Source: Isurus oxyrinchus (taxonomy: Eukaryota). Taken from it: DNA of 64,000 bases. The stretch covers positions 58,652,001-58,716,000 of the forward strand of contig JANJGN010000013.1 of NCBI GenBank assembly GCA_026770705.1, written 5' to 3'. Of the stretch, positions 11,871-24,719 are shown one piece after another; position 1 is the first letter of the stretch; the number at the start of each line of letters is the position of its first letter. Made by a program: the position numbers and the translations under genes. Under the pieces are notes generated by a model, which saw only the letters and a list, made by a program, of their open reading frames with translations, was not told where the DNA came from and made no database searches.

Positions 11871-14699
11871 ATGAAGAACAACAATGCATCGGGTGGTAAC
11901 TGGGAGGCCTGGTGGCCAGGCACAATCCCAGTGAAACCACTCTTTCAAGTCACGAACAGAAGGCACATCTCTAGATACCAGCCTTCAGCTCGATGTTAGG
12001 AGTTTGTAAGGATATATTTTTTTTTCCGTTGGCCTACTTTTAATTCCAGCTCCAGTAACCATCCCCACCCCACCACCTGCACCCTAGAGTACCACACTCA
12101 CCCCCCAGCATTCCCGACACCCGGTTCTGCTTCAACACCCCCAATCCCTGCACTCGTGGCACCCAATTGTTAAAATTTCCCAGTGATTATTGGAGAAATC
12201 AGTGTTACCTGTTATTACTGGCCCAAACAATCATTCGCCGACATCAGCCTGATTGAGGAGCTGGGGGTAGGGATGGAAGCAGAACCATGCGTGTTGAGGG
12301 TGGTTAGATGTTGGGGGTGGTGCTGGGATTGAGTGGGGATGTGGAGTCGTGGGAGCCAGGTTGAGAGGCGTGTGTGAGTGTTTTCACAGTCCTAATTTAA
12401 AGGTCTGCTCCCCCAGGCCTGCCAGGAGGAGTTTTACATAAGTCAGTGAAAATAGAATTGTATTTGGACATTCAGCCCAGCTCACAGAGAAATAGGGCAA
12501 CTCCAACGTCCTTACTCATACAGAACTATTCCTCAATCCTAATTCCCGAAACTGCCTTCATCGCCACGAATTACAGACAAAACATAAACATCTTCTTATA
12601 GTGACCTCAAGTGCTGCAATCTGACCCTTGCAGCAATATCAGTGCAGGCTTCCAGGATCAAGGTCCCACCTCGGTTAAACCACCCATTACCCACCTCATT
12701 GCCCCTTAACCCATCCCGCCTCAGCAAGAGAGATATTGACATATTGACCCAGTGGGGAATAATTCACTGCATCAATGGCTATGACTGCAATAGGGACCAG
12801 CTCAGAGACCAGCACCCTATGTACGTTAGAGGTTAGCTTACAAAGGGATCTACAGAGTGACCTCGGCTGGAAGTGATACCATGGTTGCTATCTTTCCAAT
12901 GGCATTGATTGCATACTAGATCCACTGTCATTGAATCGGGTGAGGATTTTTCTGGGCCAACCTTTAGAAGAAGGCGAATGGATGTGACGAAGCAACTGCT
13001 TGGTGCTATAAACAGCCAGTTTGTAGCTAGGGGGTAGAGGAGTCTGTATCCAACGTGGTCCATGGATTGATGCAGAGCCTGAAAGCCATCCTCTGCAGCA
13101 TTGGAGGCGGGGTGGTGGGGGGTGCTGGTGGTCTCCGCCCGGCGACCTGTGGAACCTTACATCATGCAGCAACTTCCAATGCAAATCTTTGCAGCTTCCA
13201 TGGAATCTCAGCTTGTACAATGGAAGCTGCCATTGTTATTCTGGGTTTCCTCGGTTGAAACGGAGTTGCGGAGCCCTGTCGATGACACCTTCTTCGCTGA
13301 TGATCGAGGACAGACTGATGTTGAAAATCGGCCAGCTCGGATTTGACCTGCTATTTGTGAACTGGAGAAACCCTGGGTAAATTCTACATTGTTGGGTCGA
13401 TGCCAGTGTTGTGCATGAACAAAAACAATTTGGTTAGGCGTGTGGATAGTTCTAGAGCTCAAATCATCAGTGATGTTGTCAGGACCATAGCATTTACTTA
13501 ATCCAGTGCCATCAGCCGTTTCTCGGCATCACGTGCAATGAATCGACTAGGCTGACAAATGGCATTTGGAAAGCTGCAGACAACAACGGTAGGCTGAGCT
13601 GGATCATCCACGCGAGATATGGCGGGTCGGGGTGGCGGGGAAGCAGAACAAAGGGAGCCATATCGGACAGGTAGAGCAGCGCTGTGGCTGCGGGGCGGAA
13701 GGGGGGCAAAACCAGAGTGGGGTGGCGGGGAGAGGTGTGGAGGTGGAGCGGAGCCAGCGATGACCGGCAGTGGAACGGAACTAGGGAGCCGGGCGGTGGG
13801 GGTGGTGGTGGGGGGGATGTGCGGGGCATGGGGTGGTGGTGGTGGGTGGGGGGGGGGGGGCGGAAATAGCCGTTGCAGTGGTGGGTGGGGGCCCATTGTG
13901 AAACCGGGGAAGTGGGGTGTTGTGGGTATTTTGGGGTCCTGGGAGAGTTTTCGGTGCTCGGTGTATCGGAGGTGCCGGGGAGTGTGGTGTGGAGTCCTGT
14001 GATTCTGCAACCAGCAAACGGTGCGTGAGCGTTTTCGCACTCCTGCTAATTTATATGTCTGCGCCCCCAAACAGGATTTACGCCTGCCAAAAGCAGACCA
14101 AGATAGGTCAGTGCTAATACAAGTCTAAGTACACGACAATCAGCCAAACGATTACACACTGTCAGGTCCTGGCAGGGCCATTAGGCGAACTGCAAATTCC
14201 GAATTCGAATGTGAGCAAGCACCCTAGAAGTTGCGGTGCCTTGGCAGCCCTCAGTAGCGGCGAATGTCTCAGCGTTCGCTGCTAATGCGACGGCGAGGTA
14301 AGAGCCAATGTCTCTTCTGAAGTGAGCTTGTTCATTTATGCATGGCTGGCGAGGCATTTCACCCTGAAGATGTAGATACAGCCCGACGCCCAATTTAGAG
14401 AGACCACAAAACATACGATTAATGTCTACCCAATGTTTGGTCACTTTGCTCCCATTTGATGCTTACGTTATGTTAACGGCCTGTATGAATGCAAGTTACT
14501 TTTGGTTCTAGACTCATTTGGAAACCAGTCAGAGCAGCTAGATATAGTTTCAACTTCCCTTTGGAGAGTTGTGGATCGCTGTCAATTATAGACAACGGAC
14601 GTTTAGCCCTTTGACTACAATTGCGATGAAAATCACCTGGACCCGAAACATGCGATTGATCTATCGTTTTAGAGGCGCCGTAAGATGAAAACTTGTTTT

Positions 14700-16460
14700 T
14701 TTTATTCGTTGATGGAATGTGGGAGTCGCTGGCCAGGCGAACATTTATTCCCCACCTTGAATTGCCCTTGAGAAGGCGGTGGTGAGCCACCTTCTTGAAC
14801 CGCTGCATGTGGTGTGGATACACCCACAGTACTGTTTGGAAAGGAATTCCAGGATTTTGACTCAGCGACAGTGAAGGAACGGCGATATCTTTCCAAGTCA
14901 GAATGGTGAGTGGCTTGGGGAGGAACTACCAGGTGGTGGTGTTTCCATGAGTCTGCTGCCCCCGTCCTTTTGCATGTTAGCGGTCGTGGGTTTGGGAGGT
15001 GTTGTCTAAAGAGGCTTGGTGATTTCCTGCAGTGCATCTTGTAGACGGTACATACTGCTGCCATCGGTGGTGGAGGGAGTGAATATTTCTGGATGGGGTG
15101 CCAATCAAGCAGGCTGCTTTGTCCTGGGTGGTGTCAAGATTCTTGAGAGTTGTTAGAGCTGCACTCATCCAGTCAAGTAGGGAACGTTCCATCACACTCC
15201 TGACTTGTGCCTTGTAGATGGTGGACAGGCTTTGGGGAGTCACGAGGTGAGTTACTCGCCACAGGATTCCTAGATGCTGACCTACCTGTTGTAGCCATAG
15301 TATTTATATGGCTAGGCCAGCTCAGTTTCTGATCAATGATAATCCCCAGGTTGTTGATAGTGGGAGGATTCAGTGATGGTAATGCCATTGAATGCCAAGG
15401 GCAGATGTTAGATTCTCTCTTGTTGGAGATGGTCATTGCCTGGCACTTTTGTGGCATGAATGTTACTTGCCAATTGTCAGCCCAAGCCTGGATATTGTCC
15501 AGGCCTTGCTGCATTTGGACATGGACTGCTTCAGTATCTGAGGAGTCACCTATTATCTTTGGCACTGATATGCTGGGTTCCCCCATCATTGAGGATGGGG
15601 ATATTTTTGGAGCCTCCTCTTCCATTGAGTTGTTCATTGTCCATTACCATTCGTGATTGGATGTGGCAGGACTGCAGAGCTTAGATCTGATCCTTTGCTT
15701 GTGGAATTGCTTTGCTCTGTCTATCACTTGCTGTTTATGCTGTTTGAAATGCAAGTGTTATAGCTTCACCAGGTTGACACCCTCATTTTAGGTATGTCTG
15801 GCTCCGCTCCTGGCATGCCCACCTGCACTTTTCATTGAGCCTGGCTTGGTGGGAATGGTAGAGGGACTAATATTCTGGGCCATGAGGTTACAGGTTGTGT
15901 TGCAGCTGATGACCCACAGTGCCTCATGGATGTCCAGTCTTGAGTTGCTAGATCTGTTCAAAGTCTACCCCATTTACCATAGTGGTAATGCCATATAACA
16001 CTCTGGAAGGTATTCTCAACATGAAGACAGGACTTTGTCCCAACAATGACTGTGTGGTGGTCAGTCCTACCGATGCTGTCATGGACAGATGCATCTGTGG
16101 CAGGCACGTTAGTGAGGATGAGGTCAAATATGATTCTCCCTCTTTTGGTTCATTCACCACCTGCTGCAGACTCTGCCCAGCAACAATGCCTTTTAGGGCT
16201 CAGGCAGCTTGGTCTGCCATCCAGAGTACTTTCTGTGCCCTTCTCACCTCAGTGCTTCCTCCAAGTCATGTTCAATATGGAGGAGCACTGATTCATCAGA
16301 TGTATCAGCTGGACTGGGCAGTACATGATAATCAGCAGGAGGTTTCCTTGCCCATGTTTGGCATAATACCATGAGACCTCATTCCACAGTCCACAATCAA
16401 TGTTGAGGATTCCCAGAGCAACTTCCGTCCAACTGTGTCGCTACCTCAGAGATGGTGATC
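14700..16460 (-). mobile_element. Degenerate CR1/L2-group LINE with internal deletions (same family as 7140-8665)
   Basis: ORF-track peptides YKAQVRSVME..LDTTQDKAACLIG and QQGLDNIQAWADNWQVTF. Confidence 0.8.
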
Positions 16461-16494
16461 GTGGGCCATAGGCCTTATAGACGGTGTAGCACTT

Positions 16495-16780
16495 TGTTAC
16501 AACTAAGTGGTTAGCTAGGCCCTTTCAGAGGGCATTTAAGAGTCAACCACAGTAATGTGGATCTGGAATCACATTAGGCCAGACCAGGTAAGGACGGCAG
16601 ATTTCCTTCCCTAAAGGGTATTAGTAAACCAGATTTTTTTTAACAACAATAGATTCGTGGTCATCATTAGACTGCTAATTCCATATTTTTGTTGAATTCA
16701 AATTTCGATCCGAAGCATTAACCCGGGTCTCTGGATTACTGATCCAGTCACAATACCTCTTTGCCAAAACACCACTGTCC
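16495..16780 (-). mobile_element. tRNA-derived SINE (same family as 672-916)
   Basis: Shared core GGCCAGACCAGGTAAGGACGGCAGATTTCCTTCCCTAAAG. Confidence 0.7.
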
Positions 16781-17491
16781 CCACCTACAACATTAAGTTA
16801 AACTATGAGGTGACATTGGGTTTCTTGAGCTCTATGAGACCTCTGGACTAAAATGGGCTCCCAATTTGCTATCGCTCATTTGTCGTTTGAACGATGGCTA
16901 ATTTGCCAGTCCCTGATTTGGCGAACACCCTTTAACACATTTCACCGTCAACAGTCAGTCAACAAATTCAAGTGCCTGGGTGTGTGTGCACCACAATATC
17001 GATACATCACTCATGTTTGTTTTCAGATAATTTTGCACACACTTTATTACCGGAACTTTGCTAATGCCAAAACAAGAATTCCTGAAAACTGTTGCAGTAC
17101 TGACAACTTCCGTTGCGTCTGAATTTAAGAGAAAACACGAACAATCATAATGCATTTGAGCTTGGTTCAATAAGTTTATTAAACAGCTGCATTAGCATAG
17201 ATTAACAGGAAAGCAAATAACTGGGTTGCAATAATCATATTGTTTCCTTTTAATTAGTTTGTGGGGATATATTTAACTGAATTAATTAACATTGAGGTTT
17301 CAGTTACAACAGACAATAATTTAATCGAAGATCATTTGGAATGAGCAAGTATGATATATCAAAGTTCTAATCGCAATGCCTGTTTCCCTTCGACCTCAGA
17401 AATATGTTAAGTTTGCACGTTTTCTGTTACATGAAGGAAATGAATAGGAATGAACAAACTTCCTCAGCTTGGCCAAGTACAGTTTTCGAAA

Positions 17492-17799
17492 TCACATACA
17501 GCTGGATTTCGAAACGGTTGTTTTAAGTGTGTTTGTTGGAGCCTCGTGTTTAACTACGCAGGAATAAAGCTCACATGAGTTCCACTCTGAGGCTGACAGG
17601 GTCAGATAACTGTTCACACTGAACGTGTTGTAGGTCTCCTGCTGGATCCGACTGGTCTCAACACTGCCATCTACAGTCTATTCAATCTCCACAGCTCCCC
17701 GGTTCAAGCCGCTCTCCAAACACACCACGGTCGCCGTGTTCTTCGCTGTGATTTGATCCGATGAAGGTGGAAGGAGGGAGACCGATTGTTTCTGAGGAT
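17492..17799 (-). pseudogene. IgL type II/lambda constant exon C2 with premature stop
   Basis: Acceptor AG 17801-17800. Reads PQKQSVSLLPPSSDQITAKNTATVVCL..AVEIE*, with the conserved Trp changed to TAG (17678-17680); 15-nt deletion of RGNGV relative to C3; ends SKSSCM*; AATAAA at 17175-17180 (-). Confidence 0.92.
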
Positions 17800-18644
17800 C
17801 TGATGTTGGGGTATGACTTGGTTGAGAGATAAGACTATTTAAAATTTTCCGTAACATGCAGTTCCACTGAATATGATAAAAAAAAGCCCTTTGCGCGTTC
17901 TCCCTCTCTTTCTCCTAGATAATATATATTTAATATAATATTCTATATGTTTCAAAAGATTGGATCATATAGCAGGCATTTTAAACATTTGCCAGCTCTA
18001 ATGCTGTGGTCGATAATTGTCATTTATGATACATGGACGGATTTTGACTTTTCTGTAGCAGCATAAAATAGATGATAGTCTGGCTCTCGTTTTGCTGCTC
18101 TTCCTATTGACTTAAATTTAACAAACACCGAGGGGACGAAAGAAAGGCTGCCGATTCGCTATCGCCAATTTGCAGAAGAGCTATGGTAAGGCCGACCTCC
18201 ACTGACCCAACGTGAATCTTATTGCAATGTGGTTTACGTCTTTCAGCTACTAAGTCAACAAGAGCAGAAACCAACATATGATTCATGTTTTGTTTGAATA
18301 TAGGGACAACGCCTGTGTGCTACAGAGCTACACAGACAACCTAATTCAGTTAAAATATCTTAGCCACTTTAAAATCCAGCTGCTTTCCACGCTGGCCAGC
18401 AGAAATTACTTGACGCCAAGGCTAACCTGACAGGGTAACCCATTTTAATGACATTACACATGTTTTATTTGCGTTCTCGAAATATTACTCTGCGTTGAAA
18501 CAACTACCAATTTACACCAGCTTTCTGCATGCGAATGTGAATTATACGCTAAGAAGAAGTATTTGCCCATAAGACACATTATTAATTGAGTCAGAACATT
18601 CATCTAAATTGTAATACTTCAAACAAAATTAAAACAGGTTCAAT

Positions 18645-20267
18645 AGGAGGTGTTGGAAGGCTTAAAAGTGGAAAAATTTCCAGGTCCGGATGATTTGTGT
18701 CCCAGATTGCTGACGAAGACAAGGGAGGAGATCGTAGGGGCTCTGACCCAAATTTTTAATTCCTCTCTGGCCACGGGGGAGGTGCCAGAGGACTGGAGAA
18801 CAGCTAATGTGGTTCCGCTATTTAAGAAGGGTTGTAGAGAGAAGTCAGGGAACTACAGGCCAGTGAGTCTCACGTCAGTGCTAGGGAAGCTATTGGAGAA
18901 AGTTCTGAAAGAGAGAATCTATCTCCACTTGGAGAGGCAAGGTTTGATCAGGGATAGTCAGCATAGCTTTGTCAGAGGAAGGTCATGCCTAACAAATTTG
19001 ATTGAATTTTTTGAGGAAGTGACTAGGTATGTAGATGAGGGTAGTGCAGTTGATGTAGTTTATGTGGATTTCAGCAAAGCCTTTGACAAGGTCCCACATG
19101 GGAGACTTATAAAGAAGGCGAAGGCACATGGGATACAGGGTAATTTGATAAGGTGGATTCAAAATTGGCTTAGTTGTAGGAGACAGAGGGTGATGACAGA
19201 AGGCTGCTTTAGTGACTGGAAATCAGTGTCCAGTGGCGTACCACAAGGATCTGTGCTCGGTCTCCTATTATTCGTCATTTTTATAAACAACATAGATGAC
19301 TATGTTGGGGGGGAGGGGGGGGGGGGGGGTGTGGGGGGGGGGCGGGGTTAGGATTATTAAGTTTGCGGATGACACAAAGATTGGCCGGATGGTTAACAGT
19401 GAGGTTGAGTGTGTTGGGCTACAGGAAGATATAGCCAGGATGGTCTAAGTGGCAGATGGAATTTTCCCCTGAAAAGTGTGAGGTGATACACTTTGGAAGG
19501 AATAATTTAACAAGGAAGTATTCAATGAATGGCATGACACGAGAAAGTTCTGAGGAACAAAGTGACCTTGGCCTATGTGTCCAAAGATCTCTGAAGGCAG
19601 AGGGGCATGTTAGTGGGGTGGTGAAAAAGGCATATGGGACACTTACCTTTATCGATCGAGGCTTGGATTACAAAAGTAGGGAGGTCATGTTGGAATTGTA
19701 TAGAACCTTGGTGAGGCCACAGCTGGAGGACTGTGTGCAGTTCTGATCGCCACATTATAGGAAGGATGTGATTGCAGACAGAGGGGGTGCAGTGGAGATT
19801 CACTAGGATGTTGCCTGGGATGAAACATTTAAGTTGGATAGACTTGGGTTGTTTTCGTTGGAGCAGAGAAGACTAAGGGGTGACCTGACTGGGGTGTACA
19901 AGATTATGAGGGACATGGACAGGGTGGATAATGAACAGCTGTTCCCCTTAGTTGAAGGGTCACTCACGAGGGGACACAAGTTCAAGGTGAGGGGCAGGAG
20001 GTTTAGGGAGGATGTGAGGAAAAACATTTTTTACCCAGTGGGTGGTGACAGTCTGGAGTGCACTACCTGGGAGGGTGGTGGAGGCGGGTTGCCTCACATC
20101 CTTTAAAAAGTACCTGGATGAGCACTTGGCACGTCATAACATTCAAGACTATGGGCCAAGTGCTGATAAATGGGATTAGGTGGGTAGGTCAGGTGTTTCT
20201 CACGTGTCGGTGCAGACTCGATGAGCCGAGTGGCCTCTTCTGCACTGTGTGATTTTGTGATTCTGAA
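18645..20267 (+). mobile_element. 5'-truncated CR1 LINE in the J-C intron, antisense to IgL
   Basis: 233-aa ORF with PGPD, NYRPVSLTS, DFSKAFDKVPH and SGVPQGSVLG, then FADD after a poly-G break; 3' microsatellite-like tail GTGATTTTGTGATTCTG. Confidence 0.93.
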
Positions 20268-22052
20268 TATGGGTTGGCGCTAACCACGTGTTAAAACGAG
20301 CACTTTAGTTTTGTTTACAGAGTTTCACATTTTTACAGATTTTTTCTTGGTTTAATTTGAAACTCGTCCATGGTTCCTTGGGGGCTCCCTGTGCTTTTCA
20401 CAATTTAAAAACCACGGGGTGCCGCACTCAATTCACCGCGAGCAGCGCTCGTCATTATCTCACATTGCAGTCCATAAGCACCGCGATTTATAAAATGCAA
20501 AGAAACTTCAAAATCCGCATGAAGGAAACAGAGATCCTTAAGTGTTATTAATTTAGTTGAAGAATGGAAGAGATCGGCCGCATTATTCGGCGGCGTTACA
20601 GATTAAGGGACAAATATGCAAGTTGATAGAATAAATGAGTTAAAAAATACAGAATCATTAATGCTCCGGTATTTCAATTATCCCAGCGTCAAGTTAAATC
20701 ACTAGGTCTGCCACTGTAATGCATGAGGCAATCGTCTGCATATTACTATTTGCACGGTACTGTCCTTCTGTGCTGTAACCATTCTTTGATTCTATCATTT
20801 TCTGATCTCTCGCTCCCTTTCGGTTCAAAAAAGCACTCGGATTAAAATTTGGCTGTGGGACATTAGCACATCCACGCGCTCAATGGTCAGAAATTCTTCT
20901 TTATTTTGGCAAAGACATTAGACTGCCAACCTGACTTAGTCATTCCCTTATTTTAAACATCTGAAGAATCAATGATACACATGCAAACGTATACCCTATC
21001 ACTGTATTCCACCATGCTCATTAATTGCGGAATAGATTTCGTTCTGGCATAGCTGCAGTCTGCATGCCTCTTCCCAATATTGGATTATTCTTTCAATTGT
21101 GCCATAATACAATGATTTCCTCTGAATGGCAATTACTACTGTCTGATAAATTGATCGCTCTTTTCATGTTATTGTCAAAACCAGATACCCACCACCGCAC
21201 ACCCACCCTAATTAGTTCGGCACAGCATAGTAGCAAAACGGCTACAGTAATTTTACTCCTATAAAAATTATTGCTTCTTTTGTTCATAAAAACAAATTCC
21301 ATGGGCTATTTTAGGGAAAATCCAAGAAGTTTGGAAATGGATACAATATAATGAAGCTAATACACGGCGAGAAGAAATCTCACTGTTAGCTAATTGTCTC
21401 CATTCCCAGGGGCTATTTATACTGTCGATGTTAAGAAAGAATGGCACATATGCAGTAAGTATTAACGAAAGCCTTGTCCTACAATTATAACTAATTCAAG
21501 GCTACAGTAACTGGTTGCAGTTGGATTGCTGTTAGGGAGACTATTAAACATTATTTTGGAACCTCAACTTGCATTTTTCTCCCGCGGATGAACAGGCGTC
21601 GGTCAGACTCCCGTACTTCTTAGGCGAGGTTAGGCGGTGACTATCAGTCGGGTTTAGAAACAGGCTCGACAGGTACCCCGGCTCGATTCTGTCATTGGCG
21701 GAGAGGCACACAGCGCAACTGCTAATATAGCCAAGGCGAAAATGTCAAGAGTATGATTGATCTTTCCGGGTTGCCTATTGAGTTCAACTCTTATTCTGCT
21801 GTGTAATAAGTTAATTCAACACGAGCTGAGGATGCAATGGGAAGGAATATCGCGGGGGGAACACTCAAACATCGGACATTTCGGTTTTCACTTGGGCAGT
21901 GTTACTTCAAACTGAGGCATCAAGGGAACCCGGTAAAATTATTCGAAATTGTCACGTTTAGAAGCAATTTAATTGAATCAACACCTAAACACCATGCAAC
22001 TTATAAAGTAACAAACATTCACATAACTCTACAATGAATGAATTTTACTCAC

Positions 22053-22388
22053 TGCCAACACTCAACGTGATTTCTTTACCGAAGATAAAATTGTTAGACC
22101 ACATAGCGCAGTAATAGTCCGCAGTGTCCTCCGATTGTGCATTAGACATTGTAAAAGTTCCTGTATTTCCCGATAAGAATCTATCTGAAATACACGGACC
22201 GCTGTAAGCGCTGCCTCCTGAGTAATAGAAAACTAAAGACCGGGGAGTGTTTCCAGGAATCTGCTTGCACCAGTAGACACTCCCGTTTCCTAAAGTCGTA
22301 CCAGGCAGGGTACAAACTATTTGGACGCTCTTTCTTGCAGATGTCGACATCAAAAGCGGCTGGTTTACTGAAACTTGCGCATTTAAGC
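22053..22388 (-). CDS. Germline-joined IgL VJ exon (V1, lambda/type II), in frame
   Basis: Acceptor ttattttcAG. Reads (C)LNAQVSVNQP..VQIVC..VYWCKQ..EDTADYYCAMWSNNFIFGKEITLSVG, then donor GTGAGT (22052-22047). No RSS between V and J. 49+336 nt gives phase 1, matching C2. Confidence 0.92.
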
Positions 22389-22523
22389 CTGAAAATAAAG
22401 AACAAAGTCAGAAAAGAGGTAGGACAATGAGGGTAATAATTTGTAATGAAAGTGAGGAAGTGAGTTCCCAGGAAATAGTCTCCGAGATGAAACCATATCG
22501 GGCGATGAAAGTATAATACTCAC

Positions 22524-22572
22524 AAACTATGCAAAACACCAGCGCACTCGCAGCACGAATCAAATAAGACAT
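22524..22572 (-). CDS. Leader exon of V1
   Basis: ATG 22572-22570; MSYLIRAASALVFCIV plus 1 nt; donor GTGAGT 22523-22518; 135-nt intron. Confidence 0.9.
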
Positions 22573-22693
22573 GATAAGTAATTGAATGGAGCAGAGAAAG
22601 GGCGATAGTCTTCAGGTGAAATGGATGCTAAAGGTTATTCCTAACGCCGCTTATGAGCATTTTAATCGAGGTGTCACCGCGTGCTCTTTGTTT

Positions 22694-22701
22694 ATGCAAA
22701 T
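22694..22701 (-). promoter_or_regulatory. Ig octamer ATTTGCAT in the V1 promoter
   Basis: Exact octamer in light-chain orientation about 122 bp upstream of the ATG; TATA-like ATTAAAAT near 22659-22666; CCAAT at 22719-22723. Confidence 0.85.
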
Positions 22702-22727
22702 CAGCCTGCAACTTAACGCCAATCAGA

Positions 22728-24719
22728 GTTGAAAACAAAGAAAACTGCGGATGCTGGAAATCCAAAACAAAACAGAAATTACCTGGAAAAACTCAGCAGG
22801 TCTGGCAAGCATCGGCGGAGAAGAAAAGAGTTGACGTTTCGAGTCTCATGACCCTTCGACAGAACTTGATTTCGAGTCCAGGAAAGAGTTGAAATATAAG
22901 CTGGTTTAAGGTGTATGTTGTGGGGGGGGGGGGGGGGGGGGGGGGAGGAGAGAGAGAGAGAGAGACAGAGGTGCTTGTTGTAGACAAACAAGCAGTGATA
23001 GAAGCAGATCATCAAAAGATGTCAGTAACAATGGTACAAAAGAACACATAGGTGTTAAAGTTAAGTTGGTGATATTATCTAAACGAATGTGCTAATTAAG
23101 AATGGATGGTAGGGCACTCAAGGTACAGCTCTAGTGGGGGTGGGGGGGAGCATAAAAGATTTTAAAATATTTAAAAATAATGGAAATAGGTGGGAAAAGA
23201 AAAATCTATAAAATTTATAGGGAAAAAAAAGGGGGGAAAAAGGGGGAAACAGAAAGGGGGTGGGGGATGGGGGAGGGAGCTCACGACCTAAAGTTAATTG
23301 AATTCAATATTCAGACCGGAAGGCTGTAAGGTGCCTAGTCGGAAGATGAGGTGTTGTTCCTCCAGTTTGCGTTGGGCTTCACTGGAACAATGCAGTAAGC
23401 CAAGGACAGACATGTGGGCAAGAGAGCAGGGTGGAGTGTTAAAATGGCAAGCCACAGGGAGGTTTGGGTCATTCTTGCGGACAGACCGCAGGGTGTTCTG
23501 CAAAGCGGTCGCCCAGTGTTACGTTTGGTCTCTCCAATGTAGAGGAGACCACATTGGAGCAACGAATGCAGTAGACTAAGTTGGGGAAATGCAAGTGAAA
23601 TGCTGCTTCACTTGAAAGGAATGTTTGGGCCCTTGGGACGGTTGAGGAGAGGAGGAAGTGAAGGGGCAGGTGTTACATCTTTTGCGTGGGCATGGGGTGG
23701 TGCCATAGGAGGGGGTTGAGGAGTAGGGGGTGATGGAGGAGTGGACCAGGGTGTCCCGGAGGGAGCGATCCCTACGGAATGCGATAAGGGGGGTGAAGGG
23801 AAGATGTGTTTGGTGGTGGCATCATGCTGGAGTTGGGCGGAAATGGCGGAGGATGATCCTTTGAATGCGGAGGCTGGTGGGGTGATAAGTGAGGACAAGG
23901 GGGACCCTATCATGTTTCTGGGAGGGAGGAGAAGGCGTGAGGGCGGGATGCGCGGGAGATGGGCCGGACACGGTTGAGGGCCCTGTCAACGACCGTGGGT
24001 GGAAAACCTCGGTTAAGGAAGAAGGAGGACATGTCAGAGGAACCGTTTTTTGAAGGTAGCATCATCGGAACAGATGCGACGAAGGCGAAGGAACTGGGAG
24101 AATGGGATGGAAGTCCTTACAGGAAGCGGGGTGTGAGGAGCTGTAGTCGAGGTAGCTGTGGGAGTCGGTGGGTTTGTAATGGATATTTGTGGACAGTCTA
24201 TCACCAGAGATTGAGACAGAGAGGTCAAGGAAGGGAAGGGAAGTGTCAGAGATGGACCACGTGAAAATGATGGAGGGGGTGGAGTTTGGAAGCAAAATTA
24301 ATAAATTTTTCCAAGTCCCGACGAGAGCATGAAGCAGCACCGAAGTAATCATCGATGTACCGGAGAAAAAGTTGTGGAAGGGGGCCGGGGAGGACTGCAA
24401 CAAGGAATGTTCCAACTTTAACTTTAACACCTATTGTGTTCTTTGTACCATTGTTACTGACATCTTTTGATGATCTGCTTCTATCACTGCTTGTTTGTCT
24501 ACACAAGCACCTCTGTCTCTCTCTCTCTCTCTCCTCCCCCCCCCCCCCCCCCCCCCCCCCCACACATACACCTTAAACCAGCTTATATTTCAACTCTTTC
24601 CTGGACTCGAAATCAAGTTCTGTCGAAGGGTCATGAGGACTCGAAACGTCAACTCTTTTGTTCTCCGCCGATGCTGCCAGACCTGCTGAGTTTTTCCAGG
24701 TAATTCTGTTTTTGTTTTG
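22728..24719 (-). mobile_element. PLE: 5'-truncated copy plus a short inverted arm
   Basis: 15-bp TSD TTAACGCCAATCAGA at 22713-22727 and 24720-24734. Frameshifted RT (FLRYIDD) and GIY-YIG (LLYIGET..HFN..GLN) on -. Inverted arm 24412-24719 joined through a CCA microhomology. Hammerhead motifs at 22829-22866 (-) and 24616-24654 (+). Confidence 0.93.

Noticed and set aside
13498-14070. Pro/Gly-rich ORFs (190, 127 and 105 aa)
   Set aside because: Products of G-rich low-complexity sequence with no recognisable domain.
21900-22400. RSS or rearranging V and J segments
   Set aside because: V runs directly into J with no heptamer/nonamer; the same holds at 52.7-53.1 kb.
22728-24414. Frameshifts as evidence that this PLE is old
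   Set aside because: Differences from the 47.5-kb copy are largely 1-nt indels in homopolymers with few substitutions; they may be sequencing error.
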